A DNA stretch of 63,258 nucleotides, filler included, from Perkinsus chesapeaki ATCC PRA-425 (lineage: Eukaryota; Protista; Perkinsozoa): assembly GCA_013115145.1 (NCBI GenBank). It is 4 parts of 4 records of this genome, joined end to end, with 100 filler letters (N's around TTAATTAATTAA, not from the genome) between each part and the next. Parts side by side here need not be neighbours in the genome. Positions count along the whole stretch, not along the records: positions 32,359 to 63,258 come from JAAPAO010000431.1; 3 more parts are not named here. The stretch is one strand, 5' to 3'. The notes under the pieces were generated by a model. That model saw only the letters and a program-made list of their open reading frames with translations. It did no database searches and had not been told where the DNA came from. The position numbers and the translations under genes are program-made. How positions within the stretch are numbered: the stretch's first letter is position 1; every line of letters begins with the position of its first letter. Positions 36,316 through 49,262 of the stretch are shown here, piece after piece.

Positions 36316-37821
36316 TTATCCGGTAATAATCACCCATTCCTCATCCGATGCTACCAGTTCCTCCGGTCGATCCACAGCCTGTTCTTGTGTACCACTAGCA
36401 TCTTCATTTACATCAAAGCTGACGACATGCTCGTTGATGTCCCAATGGGCGGTATCGTTTTCACTTCTGCCTGTCGAGCGATGTGTGCTTGGGCTGTCGG
36501 CGCAGCATCCAGCTCCACATGCAGTCCTAGTAGAAGTACTATCTAAACTCGCAACTCTCTCACGAAGAGAGCAGAATTGGGAGCTCCAAACCAATGTAGC
36601 TTTCTCTCCAGATATAGTAGTGTCATACGCGTAACAAGAAGCCTTGCCATTAACACCGCACACCAGAAGGGTGTTATTGGCGCCAAACTGGAGGACAATT
36701 TCCAGATCTTCAACCGACTGTGGAAGGTCTATGAAGCTCCATATAACGACAGATGTTCTGCTCTTAGTCGAGGGCTTACGCAATGTTGAATTAAGCGAAT
36801 TGAGCCCGAACACTTTACTGGCAATGAACTTCGTGAGATCTGAGCCACTGGAGTCATCTCGCACTGGAGTGGTTTCAATCTTAAAAATAACGATTTGGCA
36901 TCTAGCACCATCGACTCCTGCTATAAACTGCTCACTTGGAGATATTGCCAATTCAGCAAGACCTCTGCGCCTCATAGGTAGCTGATAAAATGTCCCATTT
37001 CGACTTCTCACAGAATTTCCTTCAGCTCCCGGTTTAAATCGGCCTATGATTACACAGCTCTTGGGATCACCATCGTTTAGCCCACCCAGAACCCATAGCC
37101 CACCATCTTCAAATCCACACGCCGTGACACTACCGGTTGATGCAATGCTGAGAATATGGCGATGTCGTCGAACAGGCAGGCTCATTTGAGTTCCATCAAG
37201 ACGGCTACATAATATATGACCTACTGTAGACTCTGGCGCAACTATAATAGGAGGCTTCTTCCGTCCTTGGCTTGGTGCTAAAGCAACAGTGCCGGAGATA
37301 TTCGGACAGGTGTCCTTCTTAAGAATGAGGCCTAGGCTAAATGAATAGATCCTCAATATATCCTCTGACACTACAGCAAAGTATCCGACACCAACCTCCA
37401 AGTTGATAACCGGTGAAGCCATGACGATCTCGGTCACGACAGCGGGAGGCGATCGAATGTCGTACAGCGAAACCATAGTAGGCAAGAAGCGACTGCCTTC
37501 ACCGCCAACGCCCACAAGAGCAAGGATTTTGTCACCACTGGGATTTGAGTCCAGAAGAGACTCTAGAGAAAGTGGTTTGACAATAGTGTAGCCTGTGGGG
37601 CAATCTTTAACTTGAACAACCTTTAACAGGGTGGCATTCGGCGAGTCGACATCATAAAAGGATATTTCACCCGACGTGTGGCCAACTACTGCTACAGCAC
37701 CTGCACGTTTAGCAAGAGACGATAGAGTAGTTGGTGCTACTGACGAATGCCGTCGCTGTAAGATTGTTACGCATGTTATAGGGGCAGAAGATATTGGCAG
37801 GTCATAGAGGCATTGGTGCAT
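36316..37821 (-). CDS. WD40 beta-propeller, divergent ATG18/WIPI (PROPPIN)-like
   Basis: 501-aa intronless ORF; ILALVGVGG..F.PTMVSLYD, SPV..LEV, DTCPNISGTVAL and RRRG..LAISPS match the PROPPIN pattern. Confidence 0.65.
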   Translation of the reverse strand: MHQCLYDLPISSAPITCVTILQRRHSSVAPTTLSSLAKRAGAVAVVGHTSGEISFYDVDSPNATLLKVVQVKDCPTGYTIVKPLSLESLLDSNPSGDKILALVGVGGEGSRFLPTMVSLYDIRSPPAVVTEIVMASPVINLEVGVGYFAVVSEDILRIYSFSLGLILKKDTCPNISGTVALAPSQGRKKPPIIVAPESTVGHILCSRLDGTQMSLPVRRHRHILSIASTGSVTACGFEDGGLWVLGGLNDGDPKSCVIIGRFKPGAEGNSVRSRNGTFYQLPMRRRGLAELAISPSEQFIAGVDGARCQIVIFKIETTPVRDDSSGSDLTKFIASKVFGLNSLNSTLRKPSTKSRTSVVIWSFIDLPQSVEDLEIVLQFGANNTLLVCGVNGKASCYAYDTTISGEKATLVWSSQFCSLRERVASLDSTSTRTACGAGCCADSPSTHRSTGRSENDTAHWDINEHVVSFDVNEDASGTQEQAVDRPEELVASDEEWVIITG

Positions 37822-38007
37822 AAGAGTAAATGCAAAGGGGGTTAATACTGAGGGATATGTTACGACTAAGGTCTGCTTGAACTAGAACGACAATCACATT
37901 ACGCGCACGAGCCGGAAGAAAAGTTGATTTTAAAGAAGCGCGCGCCATTATAATCGATGTGTGAATATCTTCCGGTACACTGAACTTGTCAGCACCATCG
38001 TTCGTTA

Positions 38008-39143
38008 ATGGCCACTCGTCTTATTGCTTCGCGTCTGCGCGGATGTCATGGTGGAGTATTCAGCCCTGCCTTTCGTATGGGGGGTTTGGTGATGTCCCAG
38101 AGGAGGGCGTATAATGGAGGTACGTTAGGGAAAATTTATTGAAAGGAATCTCTCAAGTTCATCACCGTTTTAAATTGTAATGAAGCCCTAGGTGCGGATG
38201 AACCGTGCATAGTGGACTCTACTGGCCTATGGCGTAGAGCTTGAAATGGGAGACTTTTGTGTTGTAGGTTTTCCCTTCCATTACGTGGTGCAGTACGACG
38301 ATCCAAACTATGATTGCGAAGCTGACTTTGAGTTTGAAGAAATCCCAAGAGATGAATTTGGCGTGCCAGCACACATCCCGCCAGAGCTATGTAAGGAAAA
38401 CTCATCCTTTGGTGGCTACCTTCGTTGAAGTTGTCTTTGGATCTGGTGAATCATCCGCCAGCTTTATCATGAAGCTCTTCGTCAACCTAGAATGCCTTTT
38501 GTACCTATTCAGCCACCCAAATTCGTCACACTTATTATATTCCCCCACAGTACTACCCCTTCCTGAAGAAATTGGGGGATGATACACCCGAGCTTAAGCC
38601 ATATACGGACAAGGTGCGTCCCTGTCTGTCGAATGTTGCATTTATGGTGGTTCAGTTGATCATGGGAGATATGACCTATGATGATTATGAGGAAATGTTC
38701 TACAAGTTCGCCAAGCCTCTCAAGATCTACAGGAGCCGTCTGCCTCTGCCGTACAGGACAGATGCGGAGATTGCGCAGGAAAATTATGTAGGGCTTGGAT
38801 TTCACGTGAATGCCTGCTCGATTGAGATGTCCCCTATGGCGGTCGGGGGTGGCTTATTGATTGCTTCGTATGTAGGTGAATTGGTGTGGCAAGTGGTACT
38901 CCTTCCGCCAAAGGGTTCAAAGTGACTATTATTCTCGTCACTACTTCCGTGATTGGCTTATCGGAATTCTCCTAGGCTTCTACTTTGGCAATCTGTGGGT
39001 TCAGCAGCATAGACAGTAAGTAGGCAGGGTGCCTGCACTGGGGATAGTGAGCTTCCTACAGGTACCGTGTGGATATGAAGTTGTTCTACCTGGAGGCGCC
39101 CGAGCACAAGATCAATTGGGTGAAGCCCCGTGGGGATCTCTAG
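38008..39143 (+). CDS. Probable mitochondrial protein, multi-exon, family not identified
   Basis: Exon 1 MATRLIASRLRG..SQRRAY is Arg-rich and acid-free (presequence-like). Later exons: FPFHYVVQYDDPNYD..IPPEL / STQIRHTYYIPPQYYPFLKKLGDDTPELKPYTDK / LIMGD..QENY / VNWCGKWYSFRQR / YRVDMKLFY..PRGDL*. Confidence 0.7.
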
Positions 39144-39559
39144 AAATGATGTCTTAGTGGGGAGCGGTTGTCGAGGCGATAGATAGGAATAATGTTAACC
39201 TTTTTTGTTCACTTACAACGCACAGCGAGCTGGCTGCCCATCCCTACCTTGGGTGACCTCTCGCATTTCACATGTCTGCTGTGAGCCAGTTGTTGTTGTT
39301 ATGGGGCCTTCCGGCCTTGGTGAAGAAGGCTTTATGCAGTAGTTGGCAGTGTCAGCATTAGTCAGTCGAGATTCTCTCCACTGCTTGTTGGCTCGTGTTC
39401 TAGTGGGCACAATTTGGTCAGTGTGTAGGAACTGAATGCCCATGTTAGCTTGTCGGCTCTCTCGTCGGAGGCTTCACATGGGTCGTTGTAATTGGCCTAG
39501 CTTGCGTTAAGGTTATTGGTAACTTCAACCAAGTAACAACCGGTATTCCGTTATATTGT

Positions 39560-41727
39560 TGTTATCTCCAACATGGCCATTACCGAGTTATTCCCAGCTA
39601 CTCTCATGAGCCCAGAGGAGCTCAGTGCAAGGCTCCACGTTGAAGGGGAGGAAGAGGAGCAAGCAATCAAAGGACGACTGGAGAAATGTAGGTAGTGCAG
39701 TCGGGGCATCATGGAATGTGATTCGGCATGGGCTGCACTGGCGGATATCTTTTTTCGCGTAGGCAAAACTATAGGGTTAAGGCGGCGCATTTGTGCGGGC
39801 TTCGATTGAACGAGAGGACGTTCCCGATGGGTGTGCTGACCGTGGCACACCTCAGGAGATTGGACCTGAGCCATAACAACTTCAAGCATCTGCCTGAGCA
39901 GTGAGCATCACTTTAGCGGTGGCAGCGATGTCAGCTTTTGTTGTAGGTTGGTTGAACTCGAGGGACTTCGGGAGTTGTGGCTGGATAGAAATCCTTTGGA
40001 ATCGGTAGGTAAGGTCCACGACTGTTTTGTACCTTAAGTGTCCAGCTCCCAGTATCTCTGCATCGGTTGAAGCACCTTCGGTTGCTGTCCCTGAGAGATC
40101 TTCCGAGGCTTCGGAATGTCCCGCGTGAATACGCAGATCTTCGTTCGAGCTTAGTTGATGTTGGCGATCTTGAAAGTAAGTAGTTATCTCATGGTTCAGG
40201 GGTTGCCTCATTTGGTGTCTAAGGGGGCTCATGGAGCTAGTTGAGATTTACACTTTCACTTCTGTTTGTTTTCCTGTGCTGGAAACATGCGTTACGTACG
40301 CGGTCTGTGGTTTATTTTACTTTGAGAAGCTTCAGAAGTTTCCTGGATGATGTGGAGATGTTTAGATTGCCCTGTAATGAACGAGAAGCTTGCGGCGGCC
40401 CTACAAGCGGAAGGCATGGACGGGTTTTTCAAAGTGCTGGAAATTAAGAACATTCGTAGAGAGCAAGAAAGGAAATTGGTGAGTTTGTTCATGGGTGATG
40501 GTGGAGTGACTTCGGACATTTATTTGCTCGCTCCAGCATCTCAACCCGAAACATCTCATGGATTGCCTCACGTCATGTCGAGGACGACGTGTGTTCAAGG
40601 TGAAGACGTGGTGTGACGATTTGTACCCTTTCGACGACAAGTCGGCCCTTATCACCTCTGCGAAACGACTGACGAAGCGTATCAAGGCTGATGCTGGCTC
40701 TCCTGAAGCTGCGAGGCTTGCTATGTCCCGGCTTATAAAGTGAGGCTCTGCTGCTGCACATAGGGCCTTTTTTGGAAGGCATCATCGGCAGGCATAGCAA
40801 GCGGATCTTCCCGGAGGAGTTCTCAGAGCTAGATGAGGCTACCGTTGTTAATAAGGTTAAGAGCTTTGATGAGGAGGACCAGTTGAGGGGCGAGGTATGA
40901 GTGCGTTTGTAGGAGATCGGTTAGTGTATGTTTGAGGTAACATCTCTACAGCTGAGGATAAAGGCAGCGATGCCGGACCTATCAGGGGAGTTAACGCACT
41001 CTTTAGCATTGGAGGTGATCATCGCTACCTTCGGAACCTACCTGTATAGGGTGTATGGTCAGTTTAAATCCAGCTTGTCACCCACGAGGATAAGGTCAGT
41101 AATGAAGGACTGGAACGACCTATTTCCGCTTTCTCAAATGAGTATGTTCATTCATCCAACCGACTCTCGGGAAGTGGGTCCTTCCTCGAAGTTAGGGGGC
41201 AAATATCTTAGGTACATCGGAGATGCTTGCTAAACAGATGTTTGATCTGCAGTCTATACTGGAACGCCAGGCGACACTTCATCAGCGGCGAGAGCTCGAC
41301 AGCATCAGGTTGGGAGGGTCCCGTTGGAGAGTTCATTGCGAATCTTATTGTCAGACGCGAGTTCTGTAAAGTGTACCCGACGTCAGCTGATGAGGAGATT
41401 AACGGGCTTGTTGATTATGTGGGTATCTGTTGGTGGTTTTGTAGACGGAGCAGCTATGATATGTTATTCGCTCATTGTCAGCTCATGCGGACATCGAGCC
41501 GGGAGGATCGAAAGCGTCTGCTGGTTGATAACGAATTGAGTCGAAGGTTGCCGGGTAAAGGGGGGAGAATCTGATGGGGAGTTCCATACAGCCATTAATA
41601 CTTCAGTACTCATTATGTTGATTTAGGGACAATAGAGGACTGTGTGAGGCTGATGAAGGAGCAGGAGCCCCTTGTGCCCCCATACACAGTGGTGGATGGC
41701 CGGCCATCCGAAGAGACAGAACGCTGA
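39560..41727 (+). CDS. Leucine-rich repeat protein, multi-exon (boundaries approximate)
   Basis: Spliced exons give LRRLDLSHNNFKHLPEQ / LVELEGLRELWLDRNPLES / LPVSLHRLKHLRLLSLRDLPRL. The minus-strand ORFs here are antisense shadows. Confidence 0.72.
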
Positions 41728-41927
41728 CTCGGCAACAACAAGAACTACTCCGTGCGTCTGATCAACGCTTCTTACATGTAGATGATTCATGGCGATTGTT
41801 AATGAGGAGAAGGGTCGTGTTGTGGGGTGAGGGGCTGATCATGTGGAGTGGTGTATTGTACGGGGTTATAGCTTTACCATTGCTTCTCATTGTTGTTGCT
41901 TCCCTTTCATCGTCCCCCTGCTTTGAT

Positions 41928-43016
41928 ATGTCGACGAACGTAGAATCTGGAGCTCTGGAAGGGGCAGTCAATGAGACAGCCGGCGATGCCGTCCAAGTTG
42001 GCGGTGGCGCCGAGGGTGCCGGTGAGCAGCCCATGGATGCCAACAATAACAACGTCGGCGATAATGACCACGACGTTGACGCGGATGACCTCGATTTGGG
42101 CATGGAGGGTGATGATGAGATAATGGAGATGCAGCATAAGATACAGGAACTCGAAGATGAAGCCGAGCGATTGAGGCAGATGACTGAGCAAGGTAGTCCA
42201 GTTGGTAACTTCGCACCACCCGGACTTGGCCTATAGAGCGAATACAATTATTGCGGGTAGGTGCAGAAGGGAATGGAGATGCGGCATCAGATCATGAAAG
42301 CGTGGAAATGACTCCAGAGCAACAAGCTGCTCAGAGTCAGGAGCAAGACAGGCGATCGGTAAGTTCGGATCGCTATGCATTCGGATGTTGATGATGTATT
42401 GGTATCTAGGTTTACGTTGGCAACGTTGATTACGGTTCAGCACCGGAAGAATTACAAGAGCACTTCAAGAGTTGTGGCTCAATCCAACGGTACTAGAAAG
42501 GTTGTCATTCATTACGTGCCACCGGCTAATGCCTTGTTGTTGTATCTAGGATAACAATCATGGTTGATAAGTACACTGGTCATCCTAAAGGTTTCGCGTA
42601 CATTGAGTTTGGAGATGATGCTGCGGTAGGGGGGAAGGGACTATTGCCGGCTTGAGGAGTTTAGCTCCTTATCCCACACTTGGCTATGTGAGACGCTTTA
42701 CTGGTGTCCTCCTCATTGCAGGTACAAAATGCTTTACTTCTGAATGATACAATGTTTCGAGGCCGACAGTTGAAGGTACTCCAAAAGCGAACTAACCTGC
42801 CTGGATACAATGCCAAGGGAGGCAAGGGTTGGGGAAAAGGTAGGAAGTGTGGCCAGGAGATTTCGGTTTCTATAGAATCTGGGAGTTCAAGGCTGTGTGC
42901 TGTCAGGGAAGGGCTACTACGGTAGTTATAGAGGTAGCTGGTATGGTAGCTCGAAAGGAAAGGGCAGCAGCAAGGGCAAGGGAAAGGGTGGCGGCAAGGG
43001 ATGGTCTCCCTATTAA
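41928..43016 (+). CDS. PABPN1: Nuclear poly(A)-binding protein 2
   Basis: Acidic N-terminus, coiled coil [14 protein letters not shown], single RRM ([45 protein letters not shown]) and G/K/R-rich tail; multi-exon. Confidence 0.93.
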
Positions 43017-45549
43017 ATAGTGAGGAGGCTGATAATGTTGATGACGTTTGTGAGGATAAGAAAATAAGAATAGAAAAAAGATATATTAAAGAGGTTGCGT
43101 AAAAAAAGAGAATAGTAGAAGTACCCAAAGCCGTTAAGTTGTTGTTGGGTTTGGTCAATTAATACCTGTGGTAGGAATACACTGGTCGTGCAGAAGGGTA
43201 TTAGTGGGAGAGATCCTTGAAGGGTTGGGGGAAGGAACCTGATGCAGCTCTGTGACACCGTTCATTCACGCAGCAGCATGCCGGAAGCAACTGATATGTC
43301 TGGAAGTTGTAGATAGTGGTATTGAAGCTGAACAAATCGGCATTCATCCGTACGTACCTCACTGTTCAAGTTGGTCACCATTTGTTGCAATCGCTCACAT
43401 TCATATCATTGTCAGTGTTTGGGTTGCATTATGCACGGTATGCAAAGCTCTCGCTCTCGCGGATCTCTTACATCACCCTGTCGGAGGAGCTCTCTGACAC
43501 CCAGACAGTATTCTTCCCCAGCCTTATCCTGTGCCTTCGGGGAAGAAACACACACTGTAGTTCCGGTAAGTCAGGCGGATCTCTTTCTACAGTTGCGGGT
43601 CGAGATCAGAAGTCTTATCACTAAGTTCATTGATCGTTATTAGGTCACTGTGGGCGTTTGTGTGCGGAACGCTCGAGTGTATAAGGAAAGTGCAGATGAT
43701 CGACAATGTACTGTTGGGGGGACCGCTGGTCTGGAACTCAGGCAGGGGGGATCGTGTCGACACGGTCGGCGCAAATTAGGCATAGAGGTTTCACTGCTGA
43801 CCCCAACTGAGACTAACGCAATGCAATAATGGCCACTGTCGCTCTACGTACTCTGTGCTATGGGGTATGGCGGTTTCAGGGAATCAGCCGCGGCGTTGCG
43901 CGTCCAGTAAGAGCCTTTCAAGCGACCAAGACAACGCGGGCAGCACCTGCATGGGGTAAGAGCCTTACCCAACTATAGGCATATGTCATAGTGTTCTCAC
44001 AGTCAAGTAAGCTTGCCTGCTCAGCCTTAATAGGACAGCCTAGGGCCGTAAGCGGATACTGATTTTCGAAGGATCCATGCTACTCATCCAGCTCATTCTG
44101 GAATCCCGATTTATCATTCTCATAACCCGCTGATAAACCGATGATGAGTGCTATCTTGAGAATTCAGGTTCAATCAGAGAGAGTTTCTGATCTTGGATCG
44201 GAACGAAAGATACGGCCCGTAGGAGCCATGGGTGGTCCTACGCTTCCTGCTCTCCGTTCCGTTGCATGCAATGTGGCGCATGTAGCTCATCCAAGCTCAT
44301 CCTAGGTTCGACTTCGTTGAAGATTCAGACTATTCAGATCCTGAAGATTTGATGAGCCGGCTGGGGTTGGCGGAGGCCTGCTCGATGGTGGCGGAAAGAA
44401 GTGTACATGACACTACGATATTGTATACTGACGTGAGCTGTTTGGGAGGGGGCTCCTGAGGAATCCAACTTAGGTTGGCTCATCGCACGAGCTATTATTC
44501 GGCTATGGAGAAGATAAGGGCATAGCTCAGTTGTGTGCTCAAAGAATCTTGTCTGCTGCAGAGAGAGACGAGACGATTATGAATGAGGGAGCAAAGCTGG
44601 TAGTACTCAGTCACATGTTAGAATCAGAGCGCAATCGCCTTGGCGCTCACAACTTGGCACTTCTTCTAGGTTCAGTTAAGCTGTCTGTATATCGATCACA
44701 GTACGGGAGCTGTGGAAGACGCTCTTATTCAAGCTACCAAGAATCTAGGGACGTATCCAGGTATAGCTTTCGTCCTTGCCAACTCGAGTTGTTCCGTTCA
44801 TCCTAGATAGTAGTGTCCATCGTATACTGTGCACGATAAATGAGATGGGTACGAGGAGTCCTGTTGTTGATGTAGGCACTACCATCGAAGGTTCGGATAT
44901 CCCGTGGAGTTGTTCGGAGGATGTTATGACTATCAAAGGCAAAAGCAAGCAGTTTAAGCTCATCAGCGTGTGGAGCCTAGACCATTGCAACCAGCTCCTT
45001 ACAGCAGTGAGACGCTCGGGTACTGTAAGTTGCCGAACTTCTGAGAATCTATGTTGTGTCAGATGTCCCAGGTGATTGTCGCACCTACTTGTTACGCATA
45101 CATTCGAAAGCGCTGCGCCCTAATAAAGCTACTCTTGACGGGTGCATCAACTTCATATCAGTTCTGCGTACTCGATCTGGTTTCAGTGACGTGGGTACGA
45201 TAGCGACGGTTTCCGGGGGCGCTGCGGTTACTGGGGTCACCTCAGCGTCTGCCTCTTCAGATGATACTAGAACGGGAAAAGCTGCCGCGGGTGCCGATTT
45301 TGAATTCCGAGGTTTACTAAGGGCATTACCTGCCGGGGACATACCGCTGTCGGATCGAAGAGGATCTGTAAGCCAGGAACACAGCAGTTTGCTGTCAGCA
45401 ACACTAGCGTGGGATGATGAAAAGAGACTAATTATAATAGTATAGAAATCCTCGGTAGACTCGGGCGACAAGTCCGGTTAGGCCGTCCATATCCAATATG
45501 GAAGTTACGCTCGTTGTGGCACGTCTAGGGAAATAGTAGCCGTACTTAC

Positions 45550-47382
45550 CTCTCTGGGTAGCGAAAGTTCAGACCGGAATGAATGCTCCTATTTGACTGC
45601 TAGCGCTGATTGATGTTCCTTTTTGTGAATGTGCGGTCCTCATTCGCGAAATACATTCTCTGAAAGGTTCGGTACTGTGACTCGCAGTCTGTAAATTTGC
45701 TGATGATTTCACAAGTCCACTGACAAGTTTGAGAAGATTGACAATTTCCCATTGACAAGTGATTTCAGCAGAAAAGCTTATTGAAATTAGAATCTTCGAA
45801 GCAACTTCCTTGCACATGTGTAATTGAGGGAAAATTGATGGTCACCAGATTTGTTCGTTCCCACTTGGATTTCTACTATGTCAGGTAATACCTGGCATAG
45901 TAGAAATCCAAGTTGGTGCGTTGCCCACAGATTAAAACTTGTTTGTAATGGTGCCAACCATGGCGTGACGAATCTTCCCGGGGAACTTCACGGGTTTATG
46001 CATTCTCGGCATGGTAGACAGTATGAAGAGATCGCCGAGATTGCCGAGCGTACTGGTCAGCGATTTTACACACCGACGGGCTTCGGTCCGACCCGCTGGG
46101 CTGCTTCAGAACATCGAGTGTATAGGAATTTTTCACAGAATTATGCACTCCTCGCTACGGTCGCATCACTGAGTGGTACTCTGGAAGCCGACAGTCGGCT
46201 GCCGACTGGATGCTGAAGTTCTTGGTTGCACTCGACGTCATGGATCTCATAGGGAAAACATCGGGAACTGCCCAGACTGTCAATCTGAGACCATTACGAT
46301 TACGGTCATTACGATGCCCTTCGACATTACGAGACAAGCTCATCATTGCAGCTGAGTCTCTCTCGATTCTTGCTGAAGAACTTGGAAGAATCGACGAGTC
46401 TAGGGCAGTCCATAGCACTTTTTCAAATATTGATGTCCTTCCCTGTCTCGGTCTCGCCAAGTTCAACAGTGCTACCAGCGGAGGACAATGGCAGGAAACA
46501 TGTTTCGAGAGAGTGAGCCTCATCCGTTTAAGAGTCGCCACATTCTGTGGCCTACAGAATTCATGGAAGCATGGCTTCGCCAGCTGATCCCGAGCCTTAG
46601 GGGCCGCATACTCGGCTCTCTACCGACTTGGTTGCTGCTTCAAAGCTCTTCAGCGGAAAAGCGCTATTGCGTAGCGTTGTCGACTCGGAATCAATTTTGT
46701 CCGAGATCGATCAATCATTGGAGGATGTTAACTGTCCTGAAGTGGCAGGTGCTCTGGATACGCTCGAGCTTCTCTCCATTATAGGAGACTCGGTGATAGA
46801 TTGCGTATCCCATGATTTGCACATAGAGTCGCTATCTGTGCAATATGGTATCTTAAGTGGAACGACTATGTAGGTCGTCTCAGCGCTGGCTCAACGAGAA
46901 GGGTAAGCTGGACATGGCTCTCCTCTGGGAAACGGCTCACAGTTCGTCGGATTATTACTCGGGTATAGAAGATATACTATTTTGCATCGCTTCGTTAAGC
47001 ATGAAAAGCTAATGGATCGGTAGTGGAAGCCATGTGCAGCACTCTCAACAGCATCGACCCCGGACGCCACTTCAAGCATGAACGCAGGGCAGAAGAGAGT
47101 TTCATAGCATGGAATCGGTTAGGCTTGTCGCGTGAATCACTCGACAAGTTCTTGTCCGATTCAATACGCCGAATGCCACCGACCTATACGGGATGTAGGA
47201 GAAAGAAGACAGTCGAGGCACAAAGAAGGCAGACAAAGTATGATGTGCCCCAGGTCGTAGATCGTATACTTTCTGTCAACCCTCGCTCAGAGCTCTCAGC
47301 CATATCTTCTTCGGACTTTAAACGGGAACGCGTTGCTGACGCTTACGAACTCGACGCTAGCGAGGAAAGCGGGAAGGAATAA
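45550..47382 (+). mobile_element. Degenerate hAT-superfamily transposase
   Basis: CVAHRLKL (CxxH), PTRWAAS, FLVALDVMDLI..S..QTVNL and a C-terminal dimerisation-like segment; several frameshifts; no TIRs identified. Confidence 0.72.
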
Positions 47383-47659
47383 TTTCCGGCATCGAGCTGA
47401 TACGCTTAATTAAATATACGTGCTGATTTCGCTCACATAAGAGAGCTATCGGCATATCACACTCCATGTTCGACGTTGTGCGTTGTCGTTGTGCGCAAGC
47501 CGCTTTTAGTACAGTAAATTCTTAATATAGGAGAGAGGGGTATGCCCAAAATGCCTGCAGTTGGGGCTCACAGCATGTGATTCCTTCCCGGCGGAAGAGT
47601 CCGCTGAGGAAAAGCTGTAGGCTGTGAACTGCTGAGGAAAACTCAGAGGCCACTCGGCT

Positions 47660-49074
47660 GAGGAAGTGATGCAGATTTTCCTACACTGTCAGGTATTCAA
47701 AACTGTGCTCGCCAGTTCTCTTGGTGAAGATGTCGGACTGCGTATTCTTCTGTGCCTAGATGCTCCCGATCCTGAGATTCTGAGGTTAAGCAGTGTAAGT
47801 ACAGGTTCTGTGAGGGTTTAGCGGCCCGCTATTAGCGGGCACATTGCGCTCAGTAGACTGTATCGCAGGGATATCACTGGAGGCGATACTGATAAGGCGG
47901 TTAGTATATTAGGAGGCGAATACTCAGACATATCTTTTGTGACTCTGCAGCAGAGTCTAGCTTGTTGTGCTTACTTGTCTTCATCGACTTGCCCTTGTCT
48001 CAGAACTGCTGCCGAACAGAACGACATGTCGCGAGAAAGTTCATTGATGACGGTGATACTATATCGTGTGAATATCTGGGAGGACTACCTCAGATCGGCA
48101 ATCACTAATGGACAAGCATGAGATATATCGCATGGAGACCTCGGGGTTAGTTCATCTACTGCGGGAACAGAGGAGAGTCATTGGAACATTGGCTCGCTGC
48201 GTCCGAAAGCTCGGACCTGTCGGAGAGTGGGACACAATTATAACGACCTCCTCGACCGCTCATGTTGCATTCAGCTACCTTTATAATCTGTGCAAAGATA
48301 GCGATGATGGCAATGACGTCACATTTGACATCTCTGCGGTCCTGCGTGGCCCAGATGGCACAAGTGTAAGATGGTGAATAGGAAGCCTATTATAAGCCTT
48401 TTGGTAGTTGCTCTAGTTGCCCTGGTATTTCTCATGGATAATGAGCTCTGCTTGCAGGTAAGCCACGAGTGTCTCGGACAGGAGGAGAACTTCGTTTCAG
48501 TGAATGGCGAATATCGCGATGCGTGTAAGAAAGTGATGGTTTGTCGCTTGCAATTGCTGAGGCGTATCCTGGATGGTGTTTTCGTAAAGGTATGTATTAG
48601 CTCTATTTCATCTCAGACCTTCCGTCGGCCTCTGAGATGATTTGTACACGAAATGAGGTGGGATGTATTCTCGAGGACTCCGTGGGCCAGGTGATCATCA
48701 CTGATGGCCACAGTGGTTTACATTCGTTACATTTGGGCTTCGTCGCGGTGCTATCTTGAGTTAGCATCCCCCCGTGCGGAGCTCAAGCTTTAGACCTTGC
48801 AGCGAATTGAGCGGCGCAGATACTGAGGAGACTTGAGAGTGGTGGCCGCCCTTCTCTGGTGTTTAGCAAGGGTTGTCAAACGGAGGAACCGGAGATGGAG
48901 GATCCTCTAGTCGTTGTTGATTGCCCGATAGAGCCTATTGTTGAAACTAGCGACAAGTCCACTGCGACCGATGAGACAGAAGAAGTTGAACGCTTCCCTC
49001 AGGAGATTGATTCTGTTGATCAACAAGCGCAGACAGAAGGGGTGGTAAGAGGGCGTCGTTGCGGGCAAGACTAG
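47660..49074 (+). CDS. Hypothetical multi-exon protein
   Basis: Several splice-bounded open segments and an acidic QT-containing C-terminal part; no family recognised. Confidence 0.35.
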
Positions 49075-49262
49075 CTCCCCAACTGGACACCGGATTACCG
49101 GGATGTCATTGCCTAGTAATCAGAGCGGATGATTCAGGTCATCGTCTCCAGAACTGAAAGCCATTCTGAGATGGACGGAGCGGGATTGAGTGAAGGTAAT
49201 GCGAGAGTTCGTTCGGTGGCACTGAATATTTATCAGATCCATGGGGTTGCCCAGAACTTACT

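Noticed and set aside
39213-40232. Minus-strand ORFs suggesting a transposase
   Set aside because: They are antisense to clear plus-strand LRR exons.
43250-45480. Probable exons between PABPN1 and the hAT relic
   Set aside because: Strand and exon chain could not be resolved consistently.
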